Source of the DNA: an uncultured Methanosarcinaceae archaeon
Lineage (GTDB): Archaea; Halobacteriota; Methanosarcinia; Methanosarcinales; Methanosarcinaceae
DNA: 64,000 nt
Direction of reading: 5' to 3'
NCBI GenBank assembly: GCA_963727895.1
Contig: CAVSHT010000005.1
Location: 432,601-496,600, forward strand
The stretch's first letter is position 1. The number at the start of each line of letters is the position of its first letter. The position numbers were made by a program, and so were the translations under genes. Under the pieces are notes generated by a model. That model did not search any database and was not told the origin of the DNA. It worked only from the letters and a program-made list of their open reading frames with translations. This document shows, piece by piece, positions 42,073-53,931 of this stretch.

Positions 42073-42659
42073 TTGCCTCGACTCTTGTTTGCACGGATGC
42101 TCGGCCTGGTCTTTTCAGTACCTTTTCCGCGTGTAGTCATGCCTCTACCCTTCCTACCGACGCTTGTCTTGCCTCTTGCGGCTCTGTCCCTTACAGACGA
42201 GTCACAGACCCAGTTCAGGTTCTTATCACTCTTAATTACAGGGTGATGTGGGTCTACAAGTATAACTTCAAACCACTTGTTCTTTCCATCCTCACCTACC
42301 CAGTAGGAGTTTAGAACTTCAAGGTTCGGGTACTTGCGGTCCGCACGAGCTTCGGCAATTCTCTGAATACTCATGCCGCCTGTGATCTTATTCGTTCCCA
42401 TTCTCTGGGTTCTTCTTCCACGGTTGGGCCTTATTTTACCAAGCCCTCCACGGCGTACCTTTACCCTGGCGACAACAATTCCCTGCTTAGCTTTGTATCC
42501 AAGGGAGCGGGCTCTGTCTATTCTGGTAGGCCTTTCAACTCTGGTCACAGATCCCTGCTTTCTCCAGACCTGCATGCGCTCCCAGCGGAGTTCGTTCACG
42601 TAAGTTTTATCAGGGTTTTTCCATGCATCGCGTACGTATGTGTAATAAGATTTTACCAA
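42069..42659 (-). CDS. rpl15e: 50S ribosomal protein L15e
   Basis: [42 protein letters not shown]. Confidence 0.98.
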   Translation of the reverse strand: MVKSYYTYVRDAWKNPDKTYVNELRWERMQVWRKQGSVTRVERPTRIDRARSLGYKAKQGIVVARVKVRRGGLGKIRPNRGRRTQRMGTNKITGGMSIQRIAEARADRKYPNLEVLNSYWVGEDGKNKWFEVILVDPHHPVIKSDKNLNWVCDSSVRDRAARGKTSVGRKGRGMTTRGKGTEKTRPSIRANKSRGK

Positions 42660-42683
42660 TTAAAACACCAAGTTTCACTTTTG

Positions 42684-42745
42684 TTTCACGGTTCAGCCCT
42701 GCCCGCAGGACCACATTCCAACGGGATCTAATCCCGAAAATGAAA
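42684..42745 (-). promoter_or_regulatory. Structured 5' leader of rpl15e (candidate eL15 ribosomal leader)
   Basis: Hairpins CGGGAT-TAG-ATCCCG and GGTCCTGC-GG-GCAGGGCT on the mRNA strand. Confidence 0.55.
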
Positions 42746-42950
42746 CATGCGATAAACTGAATCATCTGATTTAAAGCTTTGCCTGTGGACAAGCAAATTA
42801 AAAGAGAAAAATCAGTACATAACGGAAAATTAGAATACGTATAAAGGAGAAAACGAAAGATGAATAAATTTTTAAGGGAATTTAGGGGACGTAACGCTAA
42901 CCTAGAGCTATTCCTCAAACGTAGAAAATAAACTATTACTCATTAAACTA

Positions 42951-43550
42951 TTACTCATATATGTATTCAATATGTACAGAAAAAATATGCTCGTTCTTTT
43001 CAAGTTCATTCTTTACTCTGATTGCATTTTCTTCTGAAATCCAGTACCTGAATCCTTCCGGATTTTCAAAAATAATTGAGTACCAGATAAACTTTTTCAC
43101 CGGGATATCATATTTATCCAGTATCGTAAGAAAATTTTCATCATGGATAGCTTGTTCAGATATCGTTAGTATGTAATTATCCCCTTTTCTGATAACATTA
43201 ACAGGAGAAGATACAATCCAATCTTTTTTCTCCTCCTTCATCTTTTTACTCAATTCACTTCTTATATTCCAATTGTCTTTGTCTAAAATTATGTAGTATT
43301 TGTCTTCTACATAATCAGGACTGTACTCTATATTATAGTTCATAGTAAAGTTGTAGCTTTCAAGAATAGCTTTAACTTCTTGTTCTGAAATGCCATCTTC
43401 AAATTTTATAAGTAAGCCGGGTACCTTTAGTTCTTTAACTGCCGTTTTCGTATCAACTGATGTTTTCGTAAACGTCCCCACAAGTACTACGAGAAATAGA
43501 AAAATAATCAAAATAGTGAGTTTCTTATTGATTTTGCTCATACCATCCAC
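42951..43550 (-). CDS. UPF0228-like Methanosarcina protein
   Basis: N-terminal TM, GLLIKFEDGISEQEVKAILE, AIRVKNELEKNE. Confidence 0.7.
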   Translation of the reverse strand: MDGMSKINKKLTILIIFLFLVVLVGTFTKTSVDTKTAVKELKVPGLLIKFEDGISEQEVKAILESYNFTMNYNIEYSPDYVEDKYYIILDKDNWNIRSELSKKMKEEKKDWIVSSPVNVIRKGDNYILTISEQAIHDENFLTILDKYDIPVKKFIWYSIIFENPEGFRYWISEENAIRVKNELEKNEHIFSVHIEYIYE

Positions 43551-44102
43551 CGCAAAAAGATGATAATTTTAGCTTCCCATATACATCAAGTTTCAACATT
43601 AAAAATTGTTAGAGTTATATGATTTAACTAAACCTGGAGATTACATTTTTACTTTACAAACTATTTTTAATTGGCACTATATAAAATTTCTGTAGAAAGG
43701 AGGAAATTATGTCATTTTTATGCTAACGTCATTTTATGTTATTTATAAAAAATTTAGAAATGTAAATATAAGATATTAAACATGGAAAATTCTCTAATTA
43801 AAACCCAAGTTCTATATTTTATTACGTCCCTTATTGTGTGCATAATATTAGGCTACTTCTCTCATGATTTCGTGAACGGAATCGCACTGGCATTTTTAGT
43901 GGAATTGGAATAGTAATAGGGACGGAGCTAGGAAAAAGGCGAGAGAAAAGGAAACAAAGAGAAAAAGAAAATAATACTAAAAGTAATAAGGTAAAATAAT
44001 AAGATGCCTAAGCCATAAAAAGCCTAATAAGATTAAAAACACAAATCAACGGCTCATATGCGGTTCATATGCAAATGAATCAGTAAAATACATCAATTTG
44101 TT

Positions 44103-44600
44103 TCAGCCTGGCGTACCCAGAGAATCACCAGATGCTGGCACTTCATTTCCTTTGAATTTTACCTCTTTTCCTTTGATATTCTTTTTCTTCTTGTCTTCTA
44201 GTATCGGAAGAGCCGCCATTATTCCATCAAGTATAGCCTCGGGTCTTGGACAACATCCAGGAACATATATATCTACAGGAATAACTTGATCCACCCCACC
44301 GATTACATTATAGCAGCCATGGAAGATCCCGCCTGTAGATGCACATGCTCCAATTGCCACAACAACTTTTGGATCTGGAATTTGATTATATATGTTTTTA
44401 AGCACATTCACATTTTTGTAATTTACAGCTCCTGTAACTACCATTATATCAGCTTGCTTCGGAGTACCTATATTTATAACACCAAATCTTTCAGCATCAT
44501 AAAGAGGAGTAAGACAAGCTATTACTTCAATATCACAGCCATTACAACTGTTACAATTCACGTGTAGAATCCATGGAGATTTTGATAATGCCATAAACAT
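44103..44600 (-). CDS. echC: Ech hydrogenase small subunit (EchC/NuoB-like), orphan
   Basis: CNSCNGCDIE, TPKQADIMVVTG, GACASTGG, VPGCCPRPE. Confidence 0.85.
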   Translation of the reverse strand: MFMALSKSPWILHVNCNSCNGCDIEVIACLTPLYDAERFGVINIGTPKQADIMVVTGAVNYKNVNVLKNIYNQIPDPKVVVAIGACASTGGIFHGCYNVIGGVDQVIPVDIYVPGCCPRPEAILDGIMAALPILEDKKKKNIKGKEVKFKGNEVPASGDSLGTPG

Positions 44601-44968
44601 TTCTCATTAATGTTGTTTCCATCTGAGAGGCACATGAAATTATTACATTTACCTAATGAATGCCACGCTATCTTTTTTCAATAGCGCTTTTGTGAGATCT
44701 GTTCAAACGATCTAATATCTAAGGTAGAATCTAATATCTAATTGAGTTTAACAAAAATTAAATACCATTAGATATTATAGCAACTTAATTTAGATAAACT
44801 TTAATATAAAAATGACTTTGAAATACTTCTGACTAAGAGAAAAAATCTAAAGACGAAAAATGAGCTTAAACGATAGATAATAAGACTAAAACCTATCAAA
44901 AAAATAGAATAATATATTACGAGATAGTGAAACTAACAAAAAAGTAAATTGAAGGTATTATGAGCACT

Positions 44969-45316
44969 TTATTTCACTAACTTAAGAGCTTCTCGGCAAG
45001 CAGCAACAGCCGGGGCTCCTGAGGTAATGAAAATAACATCCATGACTTCCATTATTTCTTCCTTGGTAACTCCGTGATTAAGAGCGCTCTTCATCTGTGC
45101 TACTGTACAGGACTCACACTGCTTAGATGCCACAACTGCAAGGGCCATAAGGATTTTTGTTTTTGCAGGTAGGGCCCCATCAGAAAGTAATTTTCCATCA
45201 CAACGTCTGTACTTTGTAAGAAACTCAGGATCAAGATCTTCAAGAGTTTCTAAGATATGGGGCTTAAATCCCATTTTATTTTCAATGTTATCTGCTACTG
45301 TTTTATGGTCTGCCAA
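44969..45316 (-). CDS. mdrA: CMD/AhpD-family protein disulfide reductase (MdrA-like)
   Basis: Cys39, C67xxC70 and C-terminal Cys, as I recall for M. acetivorans MdrA; follows desulforedoxin and two Cys-rich genes. Confidence 0.8.
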   Translation of the reverse strand: MADHKTVADNIENKMGFKPHILETLEDLDPEFLTKYRRCDGKLLSDGALPAKTKILMALAVVASKQCESCTVAQMKSALNHGVTKEEIMEVMDVIFITSGAPAVAACREALKLVK

Positions 45317-45490
45317 ATTATGTCACCTACCTATTAAATAATATAAGTTATAATATAAATTAATATAAATTATTTTTTATATTTTAAAGTTAATCGTTAA
45401 GTTATGACAATAAGAATATAGAGTCACAGATGAACCTTTGATTGAGCTTGTTTCATAACAAGGATGTCAAAATTTCGAAATTGACTCATT

Positions 45491-45712
45491 TTAGACGCAG
45501 CCTAGGTCTCCAATTGTGGCATCAATACATTCACGACACATCATTCTTGGGAGATCTTTCTTTAATGTCAAATGGGGTAGTGGGTACCCTCCTTTCATAG
45601 GCAGCTCTACTTCTTTAATATGCTCCATACAGAGACTTTTTCCACAGACAATACACACTCCTACTGCCTCAGTTTCCTTGTTTTCTTCAGAACAATCATA
45701 ACATTTCAGCAT
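45491..45712 (-). CDS. DUF2180-like Cys-rich small protein
   Basis: KCYDC..AVGVCIVCGKSLCMEH..CREC. Confidence 0.8.
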   Translation of the reverse strand: MLKCYDCSEENKETEAVGVCIVCGKSLCMEHIKEVELPMKGGYPLPHLTLKKDLPRMMCRECIDATIGDLGCV

Positions 45713-45722
45713 TTTTGACACC

Positions 45723-45953
45723 TCAGCAAACCTCATTAAATAGGCAATTTTCCTTCAAGGCTTCATGGCATGGACGGCACATAATCCTTTTAATGTGTTC
45801 AAGGTCAGGCTTCAGTTCAATTGGATAACTTCCTTCCCATACAGGAGTTTCCTCACGAATAAGATGATCTTTGCAAACTCCTCTACCACATGCAATACAA
45901 ATCCCAACAGCGTCAGTATCTTTGCCTTCTCTGGCGCATTCATAGCATTTCAT
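45723..45953 (-). CDS. DUF2180-like Cys-rich small protein
   Basis: MKCYEC..AVGICIACGRGVCKDH..CRPC. Confidence 0.8.
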   Translation of the reverse strand: MKCYECAREGKDTDAVGICIACGRGVCKDHLIREETPVWEGSYPIELKPDLEHIKRIMCRPCHEALKENCLFNEVC

Positions 45954-46060
45954 AAGATTTCCTCCATATAAGAAAAAATGGTTTATTTATAGAAAATTTG
46001 GTTAAATATATGAACGTACTATTTATTAATTAAATTATAGGACTATTTTAGTCATTATTT

Positions 46061-46189
46061 TTAGTCATCATTAATGAGAGTCATTTCTTGGCCACAACAA
46101 ACAAGAGTCCCTCCACCTACTTCTTTTACTACAACTTCATTACCGCAGATCTCACAAAGATATCTTTCCCCTTTAGCAGAAACATCCAT
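46061..46189 (-). CDS. Desulforedoxin (42 aa), not in the ORF track
   Basis: MDVSAKGERYLCEICGNEVVVKEVGGGTLVCCGQEMTLINDD; CxxC...CC motif; GAGGTGA SD. Confidence 0.9.
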   Translation of the reverse strand: MDVSAKGERYLCEICGNEVVVKEVGGGTLVCCGQEMTLINDD

Positions 46190-46729
46190 GAATTTTTCAC
46201 CTCAATTACCTATTTGTCAATCTAATTTGTTATTTCAAATAATATTATTACATTGGTCATCGGTTAAGGAATTTTCTTGCCTGAAAGCTATCGATTTTAC
46301 ACTAGAAGCCTGTCTTAAATCTTGGCTTATCTACATGAAATCGATACCCTGTTCCAGCTCATAATCTATTAACATATTTAACAAATGTAAAAGAAATTGA
46401 CGCAATTTGTCACGATTCCTCACTTAACCGAAGACGCATGAATTCCTTTCATATTACAGTAAATAATATTCCTAGCAGTACAATAATATTATAATTATTT
46501 TAAATTATTTCTGTGAAAAATTGCTCATCAACAAAATACTGCCTTGAATAAAATATTTTAAAGCCAAAAAATAAAATAATAGAACTAAAGTATGTCGCGT
46601 TCTGTAAAAACCCGTTTTCCTCTATTATAACATTTTATTTTAAAACTTTAATTTATAATTCTAATGCTTTTTGACATTGAATATATTGAGTTTCCATTCA
46701 AAGAAATATCGTTTCTAAAAAAGATTTTG

Positions 46730-47383
46730 AAGAATGGTATAGTTGGCGGGCGTCAAAGGTACAAATGCCATGATTGTGGCTATAACTATACAGTAGAGAT
46801 AAAATCAACTGCTTTTTTCGCTTCTGTAAAAAGACAGGCTTTACAACTTTACCTTGAAGGATTGGGCTTTCGTTCAATAGGAAGAGTTTTAGGGGTGAGT
46901 CATGTTTCTGTCCAAAGATGGATCAAGAAATTTGGTCAGGAGTTAGAGGCTCTAAAAAGTGAAAGTGAGATATCTATTGTTGAAATGGATGAGATGCACA
47001 CTTACATCGGTAACAAAAAAAATATTGCTGGATCTGGATTGCTGTTGATAGAGTTGGGAAAAAGTTCATCAACTGCTCTTTTGATAGCAGAGGAACGGAA
47101 ACTGGAAAACTAATCTGGGAAAAAGTGAAGAAAAAAGAGATTGGAGAAGTGATGACAGATCACTGGAGAGCATATGCAGAGTTTCTTCCAGAAAAGATCC
47201 ATACTCAATCAAAAGCAGAAACGTATACTGTTGAAGGATATAACAGCATATTGAGGCACTTTCTAGCAAGGTTGAGAAGAAAGACAAAGTGTTATACAAA
47301 AAGTCTTGAAATGCTAAAGTACTCGGTTATTCTATTGATGAAATACAGAAATAAAGAGATAACTATATTTAGTTAACAATACC
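46730..47383 (+). mobile_element. IS1-family element, 5'-truncated
   Basis: Begins at KNGIVGGRQRYKC; right end CAATACC. Confidence 0.9.
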
Positions 47384-48050
47384 CCTGTTTTTATTCTTTG
47401 GATTTCAAATCTTAGAAATGCTCTCATCGCCACCATAATATGTGCTCTCTGAACATTGGTCCTTCTTGCCTGACAACACTTTACTCCACAAAACCGTTTT
47501 ATTCCTCTATGATACTCTTCAATTTTCCAGACTTTTTTTGCTAACTCTTTCCTTTTTCTTACTGCAAAAGGTTTCAAGATTAAAGCCATTTACAATCTGA
47601 TGATGTTTACCACTCCATTGCCTGTAAACAAGATCAATGTGTTTGAAATAAGATTTATCGAGAACAATATCCTCGATAATAATAAATCCAGTTTCAGGAG
47701 TGATTAGATATTTTATTTGTTCCCATAAAGCCTCCGTGTCCGGAGGCTGCCTTAGAAGTAAACGAGTAAAAGAGTCCTGAGCGGCAGTGTCTCAAATTTG
47801 CTGTAAATTCAAAGTCAATTTTTTGTTTACTAAGTATAATTCCGTTCTTTCAATATTGGATTTTCAAACTGTCAACTTCTTGAAATTTAGGATTTTACCG
47901 AAAATAGGCACACTGCCGTCATGAGCTGGAATATTTGAGTCAAAATAACTGCACTTAGAAGCTTCTGTACAGATAAATACTCGTGAAGAAGCAATAAGAA
48001 AGTTGATATAATCAAGTTCAGTACATTTAGGCGGATTTATTGCGTTCAAC
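47384..48050 (-). pseudogene. IS701-family transposase remnant
   Basis: NPPKCTELDYINFLIA, PAHDSFTRLLLRQPPDTEALW, WKIEEYHRGIK. Confidence 0.8.
47783..47917. mobile_element. MITE (135 bp) inside the IS701 remnant
   Basis: GGCAGTGT...ACACTGCC ends; 9-bp TSD GTCCTGAGC/GTCATGAGC. Confidence 0.85.
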
Positions 48051-48293
48051 TCAAAGATTTTTTGATCATACCTCTAATAATATAGTAATAATTATATTTT
48101 AATATAATTTGCAGAAAAAAGATTCAACCGTGTAAGTCCTATATAGTATTATATTGTCAATACGGTAAAGCATCCGCATCCAAATATTAAATATTTGTAT
48201 CTGTCTTTAACCTATTAAATTTGAAGATAACTATATAAACTGGCGGCGGTTATTGGAGCTGGAAAATCACTAAAGAGAATAGCCACCTCTGAG

Positions 48294-48584
48294 ATGATAT
48301 CAATGGATTCAATGGAAAAAATATTTGGAAAAACCGCACAAATGACAGTTCTTAAAAATCTGATAAAAAACAAGAATGAGCCAACATATCTTTCAGGAAT
48401 AGCTGAAGAAACCGGATTATCTCATTCAAGCGTATCAAGGGTTATCGAACCTCTGGTTGCATCAGGCATTGTTCAAGAAAAGCCACTTGGTAAACAGATC
48501 CGAACTTTCCAGCTGAACATGGAAGATGAAGCAACAAACGTTATAGTAGATTTTTACAATAAAATTAATGAATTAATAAAATAA
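48294..48584 (+). CDS. Winged-helix transcriptional regulator
   Basis: YLSGIAEETGLSHSSVSRVIEPLVASGIV HTH. Confidence 0.85.
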   Translation: MISMDSMEKIFGKTAQMTVLKNLIKNKNEPTYLSGIAEETGLSHSSVSRVIEPLVASGIVQEKPLGKQIRTFQLNMEDEATNVIVDFYNKINELIK

Positions 48585-49187
48585 GTAAAGTTATATAAAA
48601 TATTGAAAGTTACTATTTCCTAATTTATTTTTTTGGTTTTTACTCCCAGTATATAAAGAGTTTACATAACTCACTGAAATAATCTTTTTGCATACTTTGT
48701 CTTCAACTATATAAAATTTCAAGGAAAATGCCATTTTTCCATAACAAATAGAAGCTACTATAAATGTTATTTTTTATACTCAATAGTTAGTGCCTAAAAA
48801 TCCAGTTAATAATTTAGGTTTTTGTGTATATAGGAAAAGGTAATGTCAGTGTGATTAAGAAAACTATAAACATTTTGATTTTAATTTATATTCCTACTTT
48901 AATTCCTATTTTATTATCAAGCTAAATGGCATTCAAAACAAACTAAGACCCATAGAATTAAATAGCTTTTATCCTTATTTCCCATGAAATCAGTGCTGGT
49001 AAGGCAGGTTATAAACTATCCAGCGCTTAAATAAATAAAATACATCATTATAATTATTTAAGCACCTTGTGATTGTTTATATTGCAAATTAATGATTATT
49101 TATTCTCAAATATTATTAAATATCATATTCAGAGCCCCGTCAAGTGGGGAATATAGTTAATTTCAAAATTTAAATTGAGGCTTAAAA

Positions 49188-49439
49188 ATGCAGTACCAGG
49201 CAACAGTTAGAATTGAACAGAAAGCGGGTATGCTTGATCCAGAAGGCACCACCACAAAAAGGGCTCTCGGACAACTTGGCTACCATGTAAGTAGTGTAAA
49301 GACTGCAAAGCTGTACGAAATAGTACTCGAAGCCGAGTCTGCCGAAATTGCAGAGCAGAAAGTTGATGAGATGTGCCAGAAACTTATCGCAAACCCGATT
49401 GTCCACAATTATACAATCAACCTCAAGGAACTTAATTAA
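49188..49439 (+). CDS. purS: FGAM synthase subunit PurS
   Basis: LDPEG, KLIANPIVHNY. Confidence 0.95.
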   Translation: MQYQATVRIEQKAGMLDPEGTTTKRALGQLGYHVSSVKTAKLYEIVLEAESAEIAEQKVDEMCQKLIANPIVHNYTINLKELN

Positions 49440-49500
49440 GCTGTGTAGATGAATGATTGAGGTGTCAGAAAAGCCAAAGATTTGAAAATTGAGGGAAAAA

Positions 49501-50199
49501 ATGAAAATTGCCATTCTTCAGTTTGGAGGCACAAATTGCGATCTGGATGTCTTGCATGTCCTTAAAGACGTAGTAGGTGTCGATGCCGAAACTGTCTGGT
49601 ACAAACAGGAAGATCTGACAAGATTTGACGGAGTTGTTGTTCCAGGGGGATTTTCCTATGGGGATTATCTCAGAGCAGGAGCAATCGCAGCTCGTACTCC
49701 AATAATGAACTCGGTCAAAAAACTTGCAGCTGAAGGTAAGCCTGTTTTAGGGATCTGCAATGGTTTTCAGATTCTTACCGAAGCCAGAGTGCTTGAGGGA
49801 GCTCTAACAACTAACGAATATCCGAAATTCAGATGTCACTGGACCAATCTCAGAGTAGAGACCGTTGATACGCCTTTTACATCGAAATTCAGGAAAGGTG
49901 AAGTTATAAGAATGCCTGTTGCCCATATGGAAGGACAGTTCTATGCCGAAGAAAAAACTCTGGCAGAGCTTGATGAAAATGAACAAGTAGTCTTCCGTTA
50001 CGTAGATGATAATGGAAAAGTAACTGATGAAGCTAATCCGAATGGATCTCTTGAAAATATTGCAGGAATTGTAAACACTTCCAGAAACATATTCGGTCTT
50101 ATGCCCCATCCTGAGAGAGCCTCCGAGTCAGTCTTAGGCTCAGACGATGGTCTGAAAATTTTTGAATCTATGGTGGATTATATTACCGATAATTTCTGA
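49501..50199 (+). CDS. purQ: FGAM synthase glutaminase subunit PurQ
   Basis: GGFSYGDYLRAG, GICNGFQIL, MPHPER. Confidence 0.97.
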   Translation: MKIAILQFGGTNCDLDVLHVLKDVVGVDAETVWYKQEDLTRFDGVVVPGGFSYGDYLRAGAIAARTPIMNSVKKLAAEGKPVLGICNGFQILTEARVLEGALTTNEYPKFRCHWTNLRVETVDTPFTSKFRKGEVIRMPVAHMEGQFYAEEKTLAELDENEQVVFRYVDDNGKVTDEANPNGSLENIAGIVNTSRNIFGLMPHPERASESVLGSDDGLKIFESMVDYITDNF

Positions 50200-50806
50200 T
50201 TATTTTCGCCTTATTTTTAATTTATTTATTTTTTGATTCATTTGTTTTTTAATTCGTTTGTCAGTAGGTTGAAACCGGCAAATCTATCCAATACTATTAA
50301 AACTTTCTAAATTTTTGATAATTTATATTCTGGCCTGAATATTGAGGATTTCTACAGAGCCGAAAAAAGGACAATAATTTAGTTTCCATACCCTCCAAGT
50401 AGTTTTATATTGTACATTAGCTATAAATCACTAAAATTGATTAAAGTCTATTTGAAGGCAGATAGTTGAAAGTCTTATGACATATGAAGAAATTATAATA
50501 ACTAGGAGTACAACTATAATAGGTACAATTTTGGGTGCAATTCTAGGATATAAGTTTTCTGGCATTGGTAATTAAAAATAGATATATATGCTTATAACAT
50601 ATATTTCTGCATGAACTGCCCAAAATGTAATAGTTTCAGTCACAAAAAGAATGGTATAGTTGGCGGGCGTCAACGGTACAAATGCTCTGATTGTGGATAT
50701 AACTATACAGTAGAGCTAAAATCAACTGCTTTTTCCGCTTCTGTAAAAAGACAGGCTTTACAACTCTATCTTGAAGGATTGGGCTTTCGCTCAATAGGAA
50801 GAGTTT

Positions 50807-52302
50807 AGCATGAAAGTACATGAGGAGATTATCCTCACGTGCTCTCTTGATCCTTTTTCCCCATAATCGCAAATATTCCACTAATTATTTTAATCCGTTC
50901 ATCAACCTAAAAAATCTCAGTTTCAATAATCTTTCTCTTTTGGATTTCTCCCTTTTGATATCCGGTTTCATCTTCGTCCATCTCATCGTTTGTAATAAGA
51001 TGCCATAGTATCGTTGCAATTTTCCTTGCTAAGGCAATAATTGCTTTTGCATGTCCAATCGACTTCTTTTTTCTGTTAAAAAACTCTTTTAACCTGCTAT
51101 TCTTCTTTCTTGCTGCTGCTTGAGCAATCTGTGTCAGAATCCACCTTGCTACTTTTGATCCCCTCTTTGTGATTCTGCCGTTATAGTATTTATCTGTAGA
51201 TTGATACACATTAGGGACTAGACCAAGCCAAGAAGCAAGCTTATCAGCAAGTAAAATTGCCGCACCAAGTTCCCCTATACCTGGAACTGACATTAAAATC
51301 TCCATTTCTAGCTTATGATTTCGAGAAGCATAATTGAAAATTTCTGTTTCTAAAGCTTCGAGTTCATCATCAAGACTTTTTATGAGTTTCAGACAGATCT
51401 GAAGTCTGAATGCAGCACTTTGAGAAATTTCTCGATCAAGAATTTCTCTTATCTGAGCAGCTTTTTTCCGAACATTTGGAGAGAGGCTTGCAATAATCTG
51501 ACCAACACTCTTACCTGAAGAGATTCCTAATAAGATCATTCTGCCATTCTTGCCAAAAACGTCTGTCAGCACATTATTCAGGTGTAGCATTTCAGATGCA
51601 AGAATTGAATTTCAGATGCAAGAATTGAGTGAGCTTTATTTTTTAAATCTGTTCTTTTTTGTACAAGTGTTAACCGAAGTAGAACATATGATCTAAAATC
51701 TATATGATCCTTTGGAAAAACTCTTGATGGCTGAATCATATTATTAAGTGCAAGTTGTGCAATGACTTCTGAGTCAATCTTATCTGTTTTTGTATGGGTA
51801 AATACCTTCATATCTCGCGCATTTCCAACTATCACAGTTAGATGCTTTACCAATGAATCATGAATCGGAACCCAAAAGTCGCTGGTTGATTCACATGCAA
51901 CAACATCACATTTTTCTGATATTACCCAATTTTTAAGGGCTAAAATTCCTTCATCATCTCTGTTGAAACGTTGCTGTTGTTTTTCACCAGATCTACTGAG
52001 AATTGTAGCAATGAAAAAGAGTTTGTGAATGTCTAAACCACAAGCTTTGTTTATGACTTAAATCAAATTAGATCGCCAAATTTATTTGGGCAGTGGAATT
52101 GCCTAAAAGGCCAATTTAGCATCCGTGATCAAAGTCACACTTGAGCCTTCGATGGCAATTCACTGATTAGTTTTAGGACGGTTTTGATAAACCAAAATCG
52201 AGACAACCTTACTGCCCAAGGTAATGAGGACTTAATAGTCAAAAAAAAGAACGGAAAGTACTTTCATTAGTTGTGCTTGTTATTCGAAGAAAAGCATGTG
52301 CG
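50807..52302 (-). mobile_element. IS110-family element copy 2 (defective transposase)
   Basis: Near-identical to 19932-21458; same 20-bp duplication, an in-frame deletion, early TAA. Confidence 0.93.
52086..52219 (-). ncRNA. Putative bridge RNA of IS110 copy 2
   Basis: Same stems and guide segments as 20014-20147; the one difference I found is in a hairpin loop. Confidence 0.65.
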
Positions 52303-52871
52303 TTTTAGGGGTAAGTCATGTTTCTGTCCAAAAATGGATAAAGAAATTTGGTCAGGAGTTAGAGAACCTAAAAAGTGAAAGTGAGATATCTATTGTTGAA
52401 ATGGATGAAATGTACACTTACATCGGTAACAAAAAAAATATTGCTGGATCTGGATTGCTGTTGATAGAGTTGGGAAAAAGTTCATCAACTGCTCTTTTGG
52501 CAGCAGAGGAACAGAAACTGGAAAACTACTCTGGGAAAAATTGAAGAAAAAAGAGATTGGAGAAGTGATGACCAATCACTGGAAAGCATATGCAGAGTTT
52601 CTTCCAGAAAAGATCCATACTCAATCAAAAGCAGAAACGTATACTGTTGAAGGATATAACAGCATATTGAGGCACTTTTTGGCAAGGTTGAGAAGAAAGA
52701 CAAAGTGTTATACGAAGAGTCTTGAAATGCTAAAGTACTCGGTTATTCTATTGATGAAATACAGAAATAAAGAGTTAAATATGTTTAGTTAACAATACCA
52801 AATATTATTCTATTTGTTGTTACAATTAATAAGAAATGTATTAATATAAGTTTTACTTCAAGTAAAATGTC

Positions 52872-53050
52872 TACTGACAGACCAATTCCTCCTCTTAAAA
52901 CAACATCCAGAGTTTCCGTTTTTGTTTTACCAAAGGGTAATAGGTATCAAGGTTTCCTGGATATTGAAGTAAAGTCCCTTAAGGGGTTCGGGGCAGAAAT
53001 TTTTTAAGTCAATTTTTAATTTACTGTACCCTATTTGGATCTTGTCAGTA
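52872..53050. mobile_element. Possible MITE (179 bp)
   Basis: Imperfect terminal IR TACTGACAGACCAA / TTGGATCTTGTCAGTA. Confidence 0.4.
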
Positions 53051-53186
53051 TTTTTCCAATTTGATTAATTTTTCAAGTTTAATTTTTGATGGGTAAATCA
53101 TGTTTTTGAATCTTTTACCTATACATATTTCCTCGAAAAACAAATAAAAGTGCATAAATTAAAATAGTAACAGAAAGTAAGGATTT

Positions 53187-53600
53187 ATGATCCTTATGGA
53201 CTCAACAGTGCAGAAAGTAGCCCTCATAGCTATAGTTTTATCTCTGTTAATATTCATTTTTCTTTTGAATTTATATAAAAACAGGCTTATTTCATACTCT
53301 CTTAAGTTGTGTAGCTGGATCTGTGAGATGGCAATCAACTCTACCAGTCCGTGGGTAAAGATGCTTGTACTTCAGCTTGTGTTTTTCATTCGACTTTTCA
53401 TGTATCTTGGTATTGTCTCTCTAGAACAGGTAGATAAAATGACTGCCAGAGGGTTTTTGAATAATTATGTTTCAGGTACCAGGATTGTCTTTTCTGAGTA
53501 TATCTATTCCTTCTTTCAATCTTCAGAAGAAATTGAAAAACATATTCTTAGTCTTGATGCTAGTCCTGTAAATCAAAAAAACCAGTATTCAAAGAAATAA
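53187..53600 (+). CDS. Hypothetical membrane protein
   Basis: 137-aa ORF with two hydrophobic segments. Confidence 0.5.
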   Translation: MILMDSTVQKVALIAIVLSLLIFIFLLNLYKNRLISYSLKLCSWICEMAINSTSPWVKMLVLQLVFFIRLFMYLGIVSLEQVDKMTARGFLNNYVSGTRIVFSEYIYSFFQSSEEIEKHILSLDASPVNQKNQYSKK

Positions 53601-53931
53601 GTCCTTTAAAGAGAATCATTTCTTTAAGACCTTTTTTCTTCAAAAAATCATTTTTTAAAACAGACTCTTCAGACATGTTTCTTTCATTTTTAGGCTCTGT
53701 AATAGATATTTCACTCCAAAATAGACCCTGAATTAAATATTCTGGTTTTCTTCTGTAGTTTCAAACTACACATTACAATTATTAACTATTTCTATGTAAA
53801 CGGTGAGGTTATACATTTTATATATCGGGAGGATATATTTTGTCCCATGTGATTTTACGGCACAACAACCCTTACTCCGGAGAATTTCACTAACAGATTC
53901 CTTTATTTATAGATTTTAGAAGAGTGCGGCA

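Larger units (their letters stand above)
50561..52799 (+). mobile_element. IS1-family element interrupted by IS110
   Basis: GGCATTG (50561)...CAATACC (52799); insA split at the same site as in 19436-21704. Confidence 0.92.
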
